Shown piece after piece: positions 49,793-62,699 of a stretch of 64,000 bases of DNA. The notes below the pieces were generated by a model. The model saw only the letters and a list, made by a program, of their open reading frames with translations, was not told the origin of the DNA and ran no database searches. Numbering within the stretch: position 1 is the stretch's first letter; the number at the start of each line of letters is the position of its first letter. The DNA is from Octopus vulgaris. Lineage: Eukaryota. A program made the translations under genes and the position numbers. The stretch is from contig OX597817.1 of NCBI GenBank assembly GCA_951406725.2, positions 68,758,001 to 68,822,000 on the forward strand, in the 5' to 3' direction.

Positions 49793-49994
49793 GCTCCCCA
49801 ACTACTTCTGATCATATCATCAGCTACTAAAGGACATGCTCAACTGGTTAAGGTCAAGTAACTGACAAGCAAATCTGTGGTATGGAGCAGAATATTTGCT
49901 GTAGCCCATCTTTTACACCAAAACAAAACAATGTACATGATAACACTTCCAACCAGTTAAGATCAAAAGACATGGGAGCCACTGCATAAGGGCT
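49793..49994 (-). mobile_element. Family D 5' portion, inverted
   Basis: Reverse complement matches 35860-36030 and extends further 5'. Abuts (ATT)n at 49995-50062. Confidence 0.75.
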
Positions 49995-50016
49995 ATTATT
50001 ATCATCATCATCATCA

Positions 50017-50056
<40 letters not shown>

Positions 50057-50488
50057 CATTATCATGTTCTGTACCTGTATGAAATTTTTCCACTTTAAGC
50101 AATGTTGTGCATTACCAAATGTAATTCAATAATGGACGGGCTAACTGCTGAATCATGGTTTAGATAGTCCCCAAACCACTGTAAAAGGATTTCATATCAT
50201 GCTTCTAATCTAGATCCAATAAAGAGGAGGTTAAGATATTTCTTTTCACTCCATGAGGATTTTGTACCATTTGATAAATTTTCCTCAATAATCACAACTA
50301 ACCCAATTAATAGAAAAATGTGAAATAAATTATTTTAGCAATTAAAATGTTATAATGATGTAGTGATCACGCTTCCCCTCACTTCACACTGAAGGAAACT
50401 CCCTCCTATCCAGCACCACTGAATTTTCCGCATTTCTGATCATTATTTCTAGATTAATTTAGCACTTTACAAAACTCATTAAAACTCC

Positions 50489-50543
<55 letters not shown>

Positions 50544-50571
50544 CATCAGTATTATTGTTAATATTCTTCAT

Positions 50572-50940
50572 AACTGTGTGGTAAGAAGTTTGCTTCCCAG
50601 CCACATGGTTCTGGGTTCAGTCTCACTGCGTAGCATCCTGGGTAAGTGTTTTCTACTATGGCTTCAGGCTTACCAAAACCTGGTGAGTGGATGTGGTGGA
50701 AAGAAACTGAAAGAAGCCCATCATATATGTGTGTATATATCTACATGTGTGTCTCTATGTGTGAGTTTTCCCCCTGCTCCTCACTGGTTTGGCAAAAGAG
50801 ACTGATAGAATAAGTACCAGGCTTTTAAAAAAATATGACCTATGATTGATTTGTTCAGCTAAAAAAGACCTGCAAGGTGGAGACTCAGCATGGCCACTGT
50901 CAAAAATAACTGAAACAAGTAAAAAGTAAAAGATAAAAGA
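50572..50940 (+). mobile_element. SINE family A (left arm of inverted duplication)
   Basis: Head GTGTGGTAAG...GGTTCAGTCTC, tail GAAACAAGTAAAAAG. Confidence 0.85.
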
Positions 50941-51819
50941 GAGTTGAAATGAGAAAAATAGAAAGAAATAAAAATGTAATTTTACTAAAGAACAAAATTT
51001 ATTGACCTAATTAAACACAAGAACTGTAATTTCAGTAAAAAAAACACTGAACTGTACTACGAGAGGCAATGATCCATTTTAGATATAGTAGAAACCTTCT
51101 TTTAACAATGATTAATTAACACAAATTAGTACAAATTCTCTTAACTCTAATTAACACATTTTCCTTTTTTTTTTGTGCTGATAACTTGAGAGTTCCAGTT
51201 ATCTGCATCGCCTTACTAGCACTTGTGCTGGTGGCACACGAAAAAAAAACATTTGAGCGAGGTCGTTGCCAGTGCCGCTGGACTGGCTCTTGTGCAGGTG
51301 GCACATAAAAAGCACCATTTGAGCGTGGCCGTTGCCAGTACCACCTAACTGGCCCTCATGCCGTGGCACGTAAAAGCACCTACTACACTCTCTGAGTGGT
51401 TGGCATTAGGAAAAGCATCCAGCTGTAGAAACTCTACCAGATTGGATTGGAGTCTGGTGCAGCCATCTGGTTCACCAGACCTCAATCAAATCGTCAAACC
51501 CATGCTAGCATGGAAAGCGAATGTTAAACGATGATGATGATGATGATGATGGATACAAGAGAGATGCCTGTGTTATAGTTGTCTTTAAAGGACAAACAAT
51601 ACAAAAGAAAACTGAAAATGTCCGGAAATCAAATGAACAAATGGAGTATTACTAAGGACATGTGAGTTAGGGGTGTCATGCATCATTGCTTCTCATTGTA
51701 CAGTCTAGTGTTTATTTTAATGAAATTACAGTATTACTGGAATTACAGTATTAGGTTAATAAATCGTGTTCTTAACTAAAATTACATTTTTATTTCTTAT
51801 TTTTCTCATTTCAACTAGC

Positions 51820-52186
51820 TTTTATCTTCTACTTGTTTCTGTCATTTTTGAAGGCAGCCATGCTGGAGCATCACCTTGAAGGGTTTTGTAGTCAAACAAA
51901 TTGACCCTAGAACTTACTTGCTTAAAGCCTGATACTTATTCTATCAGTCTCTTTTGCTGAACTGCTAAGTTACAGGGACTTAAACACACCAACACCAGTC
52001 ATTGAGTGATGAGGCAGGGGGAGGCAAACACTGCCTCAAGACACACACATAGATATATACATGTATATACTACAGGCTTCTTTCAGTTTCTGTCTATCAA
52101 ATCCACTCGCAAGACTATGGTTAGCCTGAGGCTGTAGTAGAAGACACTTACCCAGGATGCCACACAGAAGAGTTGAACCCAGAACC
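51820..52186 (-). mobile_element. SINE family A (right arm of inverted duplication)
   Basis: Reverse-orientation copy sharing its 3' flank with 50572-50940. Confidence 0.85.
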
Positions 52187-52704
52187 AAGGTTAGCCTTGA
52201 GTTATTTATTATGGCTAAACTCACTGACAGGAGTGCACATATATCCATGAGAGCTTTAGTTTCTTTTAGCCATCACAGTTAAGGCCATATAGGAGCAGCA
52301 CTCATGTACATTAGTGAGTTGTACTTGTTAGGTGAGTGACTTCAATTCAAGACAGTCTGATGTGACCGAAACAACTATGTCATAAAAGAGAGATATTTTA
52401 ACCATCTAAGAACACAATTCTGTTGTATTCACTTTTCATTTACATCTTTATAGTTGAGTCTATTATGAAGTGTCGAAATGTTTTGTCACACACCTGTGAC
52501 TTGGTTACCATTCGCTAGTATTGTGTCTGTGACTTGATTGAATGAAAATACAATGAAATTTTTGACACTTTGTAAAAAGACTGAACAATAAGAAGAAAAG
52601 AGAAGTGAATATAGCAGACTTCATGTGTTCCTAAATGGCTACAATGTATTTTCCACAGTGTAGTTATTCATATATCTATATCTATATATCTACTTATCTA
52701 TCTA

Positions 52705-52752
<48 letters not shown>

Positions 52753-52799
52753 GATAGATAGATGTTATATGTATTATGTATATATATGTATATATATAC

Positions 52800-52888
<89 letters not shown>

Positions 52889-53824
52889 CACACTCACACA
52901 CACACACACACACACACACATTATATATTAGTATTAGTATTTCATATTGACTGTGAGTTTAAGACTTCACCTGTTGGTTTTTCAACTCTACTCTGTGCTG
53001 AACCTCTTCCCTTCACTCTCCCATGCCATCAGTAAATATTATATACTTATTCTTGAAATAAACATATATATTCACATGCACACACATATATACATACATG
53101 CATATGTGTGTGCATGTGTGTGTGTGTGTGTGTGTGTGTGTCCCCTTCTATTTTACATTAAAATCAGTTTACACACACACCACACACACACACACGCACG
53201 CACGCATGTGCACGCAAAAGAAAAAGAAAAACTTGTTTCTGGAAGTAAGGTATCAAAATATATTATGTTTAAGCTGAAATTTTAAATTTCATAATTCTGA
53301 TTTTTCATATTTCTGATTGTCAAGTAAAATCTGAACAATGGAATGGTAGAAACCTTAAAAAGGAATGCTCAGAAAACAAAAACAGAAAGAGAGAACCTTT
53401 GATTGGATGCATGTGTAAAGATACCTTCAAATAGATAAAAATATTTGATTTGTTTATGCATAAAAGAAGAAAGATATAATTGTTTATGTATATCACATAA
53501 ATAAATAGATATATAAAAACAGAAGAACAATTCAGTTCTATTAACAGAAGATATTTTAGGCTAATCACAAAGCATCATACACACTCATATGCTACAATAT
53601 CGAAGAAGGAATGAGAGAACACATATGACAACAATAGAATCTCTTAGTGAAAAAATATTGTTTCTAGAACGCATTTGAAATTGAATTTTTTTGTCCATAA
53701 AAAACTATGTAAGATGATCAAAAGCAGCCTGCACTGCAGCACATGTGAAATATTTATACAGGAAACAGAAAACAAAGATAAACCTGTCAGAAACTTCTTA
53801 TGCATATTTCTACTGAGTGTCTGC

Positions 53825-54045
53825 CTTATAAAAATTATGTAATAACTTTTTCAGCTTATGTAAACAGGTACTCAGGATGTCATTATTTGAACTCAAGTCG
53901 TTCTCGTGCTGCTGTAATATTAAGATATTTTCTGTTAAGTAAAGGCGAGAACTTAGCTTCTTTCTACTTTGTCACGTATTTAAGGAGGTGTAACAGCAAG
54001 GATAGACCATTTTACATTAAAAGTTCCCGTCACTATTTTGTCTTA
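53825..54045 (-). mobile_element. Second Penelope-like GIY-YIG C-terminal relic (different lineage)
   Basis: Minus-strand translation across a frameshift: FNVKWSILAVTPP*...LYLTENILIL...NNDILSTCLHKLKKLLHN, matching the KWxIL...CxLCLxEK...LNxRxE...CxHK pattern. Confidence 0.6.
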
Positions 54046-54267
54046 ATCTCCAAATATATTTTGAATGTCAGGTATATGTATGTACATACATGTGTGTGAA
54101 TATGTGTGTTTATGTGTACATATATATATATATACATACATATATGCATATATCTACAAACATCTATACATATATAATATAATATGGGTGTGTATGTGTG
54201 TGTATATATATATATGCACATACATATACACATATATATAGATATATATTTATGTATCTTCATGTGC

Positions 54268-54310
<43 letters not shown>

Positions 54311-57012
54311 CACACATTCATACACACACATGCACACACACATGCACACACACATGCACACACACATACACACATGCACACACACGCACGCACACACACA
54401 CATGAACACACACACATGCACACACACACACATACACACACACACACACACAACTCATGTAACTATCAGTTTCAGAATATATATTCTGCACTATATATTG
54501 CTTGTGTACCAGCCTCACTTACTACTAATTATGTCATACCGATCACACATTTATACAAAATAGGCAATAAAATGAATGTAGATTCTGTAACATTAAAACA
54601 TCATCTTTTATATTTTTCACTCGAAAACAGAAACAAAAAAAAAAAGACAAAAAGTAGAAGAAAAGAAGAGAAAAGCTGAAATGCAGAGATATCTATAAAG
54701 AGAATTTTTCGCAGCTGATTTTTCAAAAGAACTTGTTCCTTTGTTGAACAAAATTCCGTGTGAAGAGCAATTTAAAAATTCTCAAAGAATTGCGAAATTC
54801 TTCATAAACATCTGAGGAGACATTTCTTCCAGTTTTAATTTTATGTAACAGATTTAGCCAAATGCAATTTCCATTCATCTATACAGAAAATAGAGTATTT
54901 TTTTGAAGAATAAATAAGATGGGCGGTGGGTGTGGGGATGGATGAGTGAGAAGTGAGAGCAAGAAAGGGAGAGAGAGGGGAGGAATAGTGAGAGCATTTG
55001 AAAGCAATACAGAAATATGAAAAGATACCAAAAATTTCCTAAGGTTTTTTTTTTTTATATATTTTTAATTATAATATATGTTGTATGAAGACATCAAATT
55101 ATTTTAGAAAGAATTCACGAATAAAATAAATTTTAAAATAGAGAGGATAGAGGAAATGGCACAGAAAGTATTTTGATAAAATTCAAGGATGAACTTTTTT
55201 TCATGGATTTCTTTGTAAGTTGAATTATTCTTGTCTTTTAGCCAATATCTCATGGTGATTATGATTGTGGTGGTAACAATGGTAGAATGCAATGAGAGTG
55301 GTCAGCTTCTTTGGGTAATTCTCATAACAAAGCACACTTAAAATTCTTTCCCAGCATGTCATCATTATGTAGTAAGACTCGTTAAATTTAATTTTTTACT
55401 GTGAGACGTCTTCATTGTTTGGGACAGACACAGACTCAAAAACTCAAACAGCTATTGCCCAAGTCTAAAGTGTGTCTAAAAACTAGTTGCTGTGAAGACA
55501 TTAAACTGTTATCAATGTACTTTCAAGATCATCATTCTGTTAGCCTCATCTAGAACATAGGAAGTTACTGTTTTGCTTTCCTAGTCATTATGACTACTAG
55601 GCTAAGTTTCCTTTAGCAACTCTGAATCCTTGTGCCCAATTCTTTATGTGACGTTCGTTTCTTTTGAGCAGTTATGAGGCTTCATCATCGTTTAATGTCC
55701 ATTTTCCATGCTAGCATGGGTTGGACGGTTCGACCGGGGTCTGGGAAGCCAGGAGGCTGCACCAGGCTCCAGTCTGATCTGGCAGTGTTTCTACAGCTGG
55801 ATGCCCTTCCTAATGCCAACCACTCCGTGAGTGTAGTGGGCGCTTTTTACGTGCCGCCGGCACAGGTGCCAGGGGAGGCTGGCAACGGCTATGATCGGTT
55901 GCTGCTTGTTACATGCCACGAGCACAGAAGCCAGTCAATGCAGCGCTGGTATTGACCACGTATGAATGGTGCTTTTTACATGCCACCGGCACAGGTGCCA
56001 GGGGAGGCTGGCAACACCCACTATCGGTTGATGCTTTTTACGTGCCACCAGCACGGAAGCCAGTCAAGGCGGTGCTGGCATCAGCCACGTACAGATGGTG
56101 CTTTTACATGCCACTGGCATAGGTTTATATTGTTTAGTCCAGTTTGCTTCTCCAGTGAGATTTGTATCTGTATTATAACATTTGTCCTACTTCGTATTAT
56201 AGAATTGATATCAGCTCCAATCTAGAGACCCTGTAAATTGTAGCAAGTGAAACTGAAATTATTCATGTTTTACAAATGTTATTCCTGCCAGACTGTATGT
56301 CTACATTCTGATGTTTTGCACACACCTTAATTTCTCCTCTAATTTACGTTTGTTCAGTATTGTTTGGAAACTGTAATAAAAATTTATTTCATTTGAACAC
56401 TGATACAATGCACTTGCCTTCTGATATTTATTGTTACTTTTATGCCATCTACATTTCTTGCATGTCTACATATACTTGCTAAAATTATCATCACTGCTGT
56501 CATCCTCCACTATTCTGTACTCCCTTGGTTTGGACAGAATTTACTACAGCTTAAATGCTTTTCTTGTCTCCAACCCTCACCTGTTTCCAAGCAAGCTAAT
56601 GGCTGGACAAGGCTTCCATGAAAGATTGCGAACAAGGGACATCACTTGAATGAGAGTATAACTTGTTTACAACTACTATACCATGTTGAGACAAGGAGAC
56701 ACAAATACACACACACTCATACATGGTAGTAGTAGTGGTGGTGACGATGATGATAATAATGATGATCCTTAAATCCAGTAGCTAAAATGCTGTCAAATTT
56801 AGACATTTCAACACTTGAAACTTAAAACATTATTAGGAAAAGTAAGATTTTCTTAAAATTTCAAACAACTGAGCCTGTGTTTTGATATGACTAGAATATG
56901 TTTTTGGCCCCTATCTTATGATTGCTGACAGCCCATGCCAGCTATTCAGTTGGATATGCTATGCTTGATGTTTGGATATGCACATGACAAAATTTGTTTT
57001 GTGGTTCTTAAC

Positions 57013-57350
57013 AGGTGGTTGCATGGCTCAGTGGTTAGAGCATCGGGCTGGCAATCTTGAGGTAGTGAGTTCAATTCCTGGGCCAGGCTGTGTTTTGTGT
57101 TCTTGAACAAGACACTTTATTTCACGTTGCTCCAGTTCACTCAGCTGTAGAAATGAGTTGCAGCATTACTGGTGCCAAGCTGTAGTGGCCTTTGTCTTTC
57201 CTTTGGATATCACTGATGGTGTGGAGACAGGAGGCTGGTATGCATGGACAACTGCTGGTCTTCCATAAACAACCTTGTCCAAACTTGTGCTTTAGACAGT
57301 AACTTTCTCAGTGCAATCCCATGGCCATTTATGACAGAAGAGGGTCTTTA
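57013..57350 (+). mobile_element. tRNA-derived SINE family E
   Basis: A box TGGCTCAGTGG, B box GAGTTCAATTCC, TGTGTTCTTGAACAAGACACTT domain. Its 3' part is repeated inverted at ~9050-9288. Confidence 0.85.
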
Positions 57351-58312
57351 TAACAGATAGTTGAGCATTCAATGTTGCAAGCATATCTGTGCATCTAAAA
57401 ATGTTCAATTCACAACAATTTAGTTTTGAATTCAAATCAACTGCATGACAACCTCTCCTGCTATATCCTTAGATTGACCAATAACTCTTGAGTTGAGGCA
57501 CAAAATGAGTCTTTATGTGGTTGTTTAATCTGCTAGAAATAACAACTAAATCTTTTTCAAATTACAAGTTACCATCGTCAAAAAAGAGTATTTTCCAGAT
57601 GAACAACATCTATTGGAGGATGATGATGATGCTTGTTTATGTCATATGATATCAATATACTGGTACACACAAACACACATGCACACACACCTACACACAT
57701 GCACACACACACACACACACACATGATGGGGTCATTTCTAATTTTGCTGACCAAATCCACTCATAAGGGCTTTGGTTAGCTTGGGGCTAAATAGAAAGCA
57801 CTTGCCCACAGCTCTGCACAGTGAGATAGACAGAGGAACCACATGACAAAGAAGTAACCTTCTTAACCACACAACCATACATGTGCTTTGTTTTTTAATG
57901 CCAAGGTATTATTTAAGGGAGATTTAACTGCTATTTTTAGGAGGTCAGGTATCACACAGTGCCCCACCACTATCACCAACACCACCATACACCTCATTGG
58001 TTTGTGGTTCATCATAATTTGTTGCAGTTTGGTGGAAATGAGATTAGAAATTCAGACAGGACTGACATAATCAGTTTATTTTTACATTAAGGGTGTCTGG
58101 CAATTCACTACCACCCACCCACTCACTCTTACTTCACCTCCAATTATATTTCTGTATGAGATAAATATAAATTCAATATAGTTATGGATTTATGGCAGTG
58201 GTTTTTAGGTAATGTAATCAGAATTCTGAAAAAAACAAAAAAACCTAATGCAGGGAATTTAATATGATGGTGGAAATTTCAAAATTCAAAATATTGACTG
58301 GGATGGAAAAAT

Positions 58313-58354
<42 letters not shown>

Positions 58355-59429
58355 TAGTGCAACGAAATCATGCAATTAAAAATAAGATTACTGAATGACA
58401 ATGATAATGATGGCGGTTGTGTTGATGTCAATGATGATGATGAGGAGGCTGATGATGAGGAAGTTGATGATGATGATGGTGACGATGATGGTGGTCATGC
58501 CACCTCTGCTGATGATGATAATTTCTTCCAAATGAGAGACAATTAATTCATCCCTCGCTCCTCCATATTCCCAGTGATTTGACATGCCATAATTTTTGTT
58601 TGTCCAAATCGATTAAAACATTTTCCTATGCAACATTATAAATACAGTATAATAGGGGGAAAGAAGGCCTTGCCAAATGCTTATCTAATTATGCTAATTC
58701 CCAATCCTGTTGCATGGATGTGATACCGAAGTATAATAACCGACAGGAAAAAATCAAAGTTAATGATATTCAAGATTTGGAAGTTGGTTGCATTAAATAA
58801 AGATGGAGTGATGAAGATATGCACATATATTGAATATGTTACCTTTGTAAGATGATATTTGAAAGATATAAAGAAACTGGCCTGAATACGAAATGACAAA
58901 TGGATCTCCACCAGTTTAGACGATGACTATTTCGGTTGTTTCTTCAACTGAACTGGCAATTCATTGAGTTACAGAGAACATGGCTGAAGATTCCACAAAC
59001 ACTTGCACCCTGCTTAATGTAATTTTTGAAGGGGAATCAGTATGACATGTGTGACATGGGTGAACTTTGTCACATATGACATCTATGCTGGTGACACGTA
59101 AAAAGCACCGTCTGAACGTGGCAGATGCCAGTGCCGCCTGACTGGCATCCGTGTCAGTGACATGTAAAAGCATCAACCGATCGTGGCCGTTTGCCAGCCT
59201 CCTCTGGCCCCTGTGCCGGTGGCACGTAAAAAACACCCACTACATTCACGGAGTGGTTGGCATTAGGAAGGGCATCCAGCTGTAGAAACACTGCCAAACC
59301 AGACTAGAGCCTGGTGCAGCCTCCATGGCTTACCAAACCCTGGTCAAACCGTCCAACCCATGCTAACATGGAAAATGGACGTTAAATGACGATGATGATG
59401 ATGATGATGATGATGTGTCAGTATAGGTG

Positions 59430-59697
59430 CAATTCAAGAAAAAAAGTACAGTTACGATCTCATGTCATACTGACTCGTGAGAGTTAATCTCCTGGTTTCA
59501 TGGCATATAGATTCCCTGCCTGGATAGAACACTGGTTTGTTGCAGGATTGCTCATTATTGTCAGCTGAGTGAACAGAACCAATGGGAAATGGCATGTTTT
59601 GCTCAAGAACACAACACATCACATGGTCCAGTAATCAAAACCACAATCTTACAAACATGCGTCCAACACCCTAACCAGTAAGCCATATGCCTCCACA
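59430..59697 (-). mobile_element. tRNA-derived SINE with E/F-type head and a third body
   Basis: Head TGGCTTACTGGTTAG...TGTGTTCTTGAGCAAAACA...TCACTCAGCTG, then ATCCTGC...ATCCAGGCAGGGAA. Confidence 0.65.
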
Positions 59698-60544
59698 GTT
59701 CAACCAATGGGCTTGCAATTAGTGTCTGCTCAGTTACACTTACAAGGCTTGGGTTACCCAGAGGTTATAGTAAAAGACACTTGCCCAAGACTATGTGAGG
59801 TAATGGAACCCAGGCACTCATGACAGACGAGCATGGTTTTGAAACATACAGCCATGTTTATAGGTACAGACATGGTTTCTCAACCACATGGTTCTGGGTT
59901 CAGTCTCACTGTATGGCACTTTGTGCAAGTATCTTCTACTAGAGCCCTGGGCCATAGTAGAAACTGAAAGACGCCTGCTGTGTGTGTACATATATATATA
60001 TATACAGATGTGTGTGTTTGTGTGTGTGAGTGTATATACATAAATAAAATATATATATACCAATGTGTATGTTTTCATGTCAGTCCCCCACCACCACTTG
60101 ACAATCGGTGTTGGTGAGCTTACATCCCCTTAACTTAGTAGTTCAGGTTGTGACTGGGAGATAAGGTGGCAAGCTGGCAGAATTGTTAGCACACTGGACA
60201 AAATGCTTAGTGTCATTTCATCTATCTTTACGTTCTGAGTTCAAATTCTGCCAAGGTTGACTTTGCCTTTCATCCTCTCAAGGTCGATAAAATAAGTACC
60301 TGTTAGACACTGGGATTGATGTAACTGACTTACTTCCTCCAACCCCACCAAAAAAAAAAAAAGAAAATGACTGGCCTTGTGCTAAAATTTGAAACCAATA
60401 TAATGTGGCTGGGTGTTAGAGTGAAACTGAACACACATTAGCAACATCTCCATGGGTTGAAGTTTGCTGTAGCTTAGCTTTAAATTGCACTCTTCACGTG
60501 TTCTAGTGGGTTTTTATGCCGTGTATTTTTTTAAAGGCTTAATT

Positions 60545-60865
60545 ATAGGAGGAAGCACCATAACCATGAGCTCTTGAAGGATTCCAAGACTGATGAAATG
60601 GAAGGAGCAAACATTCAAACTCAGCCTGAATTTTCAGAACAGAGTAAGCTTCACGAAAAATACTTCAGAGCCAAATAGTGATGTTTGAACTGAAAGATGG
60701 GTTAAGTCTATAGCCTATGAACAGGAACAGTTACTTTAAAGGGTTTCAACATAGTTACCTTCAACAAAATTACACTCAATAGACCTTGACTAGCCCTAGT
60801 CTATGTTTCAATGTGTAGGAGTTTCTTTGTAGACCCTCATATTATACAATTCATTATTCTATGTT
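60545..60865 (-). mobile_element. Heavily decayed RTE-like RT fragment
   Basis: Minus-strand KPFKVTVPVH...PIF resembles the RTE F.V.VGVHQGS.LSP.LF region. Many stops. Confidence 0.4.
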
Positions 60866-61825
60866 CTTTGTAATTGTTGTGGATTAAGAGCCTAATCAAG
60901 ACTGGTCTAAACCAGGACACAGCAAATACATTGTTTTGCTAGCTTTTTTGACAAATTTTTCTTTGTATGCTGTCAACATTCTGGAAGTAGGATTCTTAAT
61001 TCCTTGTATTTGTGTGTGTGTGAATGTGTGTGTGTGTGTGCATGTGTGTGTATGAATGTGAGTGAGTGTGAGTGTGTGTGTGTGGTGTGCAATCAAAGAG
61101 ACAGAAAGAGAAATTTGTTTTCATGTCATTGGTTGAGAACTTAGGTTGTATTTGTTGTTCTTTAATGTTGCTTCTAAGTCAAGAGATGATAGATTTGTGA
61201 GGTACTATGTGGTAGTAGGTTTCCAGGCAGGAGGGGAAGCAAAGTGATCATCTGGCATGTTCTTCAACTTAAAAGGGACCTCAATACTATATTCAACTTA
61301 AAATTCAATCATATTTTGTGGCAGGGAACATTCTTGTTTTTCATCTTTTGTCTTGTATTTCAACTAATCAGCACTTTGTTACATGGCAACCATTTTGACT
61401 TCAAAATGGTAAAATTCAAATAATTATTATTATAATCAGTCTCTCCCTTGGATGAGTTAAAAGCAGAAGCATCATAATTACCTCAGTCATATCAAAAGCA
61501 TGTCTAGATTGGAAGAATATCTAACCACTAACATTTTCACTTGTTTAAAGACATGTATGTTATAGATTCTGTTCATGCCATGATCTTGTCTGCTGCATGA
61601 TATTACAAAAAGTTAACTTGCGAACATTAGCATTTGGACTTAAAAATTAATTTGAAAATATGTAATCAATTAATAATTGTCTGAAATTTTCATAACTGAT
61701 CAAATTAACTCAATTAACTGACTTTTTTCACAAAGTGAAGACTTTTATATGTCACAGAAAAAAAAAATCTTTCTTTGCAATATTTATTCCACTTAAAAAG
61801 AAAAGAATTTTTTTTTTTTAAATAT

Positions 61826-62262
61826 ATCATCATCATTGTTTTAATATCCACTTCTCCATGCTTACATGGATTGGACAGAATTTGTTGAGGCAGATTTTCT
61901 ACAACTGGATGTTGTTTTTCCTGTCCCAAGCCCTCATCTGTTTCGAAGTAAGGTAATATTTCCCCATGACTAGACATGTCTCAGAAGATTGAAAATGAAG
62001 AACACTGCCACTTGAATGATGATGACACTCACTTATAACTATCACATGATGTCAAAGCAAGGACACAGTAACATACACGTATCTAGATATATATATTTAT
62101 GATGAGCTTCTTTCAGTTTCCATCAACCAAATCCATTCACAAGACTTTGGTTGGCCCAGGGCAATAATGGAAAACATTTTCCCCAGGTGCTGTGAAGTGG
62201 GACTGAACCTAAAGCCATGTGGTTGGGATGCAAACTTCTTACCACACAGCCACATCTGCACT
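61826..62262 (-). mobile_element. Composite SINE family H (family A head + alternative body + (GAT)n tail)
   Basis: A-type head at 62100-62262, then GGGGAAATATTACCTT...CATCCAGTTGTAGAAAATCTGCCTCAACAAATTC...GATGATG. Also ~940-1285(-), 33222-33635(-) and 20766-21328(+). Confidence 0.8.
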
Positions 62263-62699
62263 TATATGGTTACTAGCAACAGCAACAGAAAAAGAGAAAG
62301 AAAGAAAGAAAAGAAGAGAAAATAATCCTACACATTTTGTTTTGTAAATAATAATGTGCACATCGAAGAAGTTGAAAAGTGGGGCAAGTAAGGGATGAAG
62401 GAAATTATGGAAGAATTCAGTAATTCTAACTCCTCTACCAATAACTTTATGTCTAAGACAACTGTAGAAGATGGAGTGTTATTCAGACTTGTAAGTCTAA
62501 CAACATGACAGACAGGAGATGGAGTCAGTTATAGACATCACTGATGAAGCAGTCCCTGTTAAAATACCACATGGACAGGAATTGCAGTGATGCATAGATT
62601 CTTGCTGTGGCTGCACTTGACAGTGGAATTATTGATAAAACTCAAAACAGATCAAATGCATTATTTTTTTCAAATAAAGGAAATATCAAATAATACTGG

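Noticed and set aside
55409-55500. Hammerhead-shaped nested stems (TCTTCA/TGAAGA, AGACAC/GTGTCT)
   Set aside because: Both core segments are too degenerate to support a call.
57013-57085. tRNA gene-like sequence (A and B boxes)
   Set aside because: It continues into a SINE body repeated elsewhere, and I could not form a complete cloverleaf. Treated as a SINE head.
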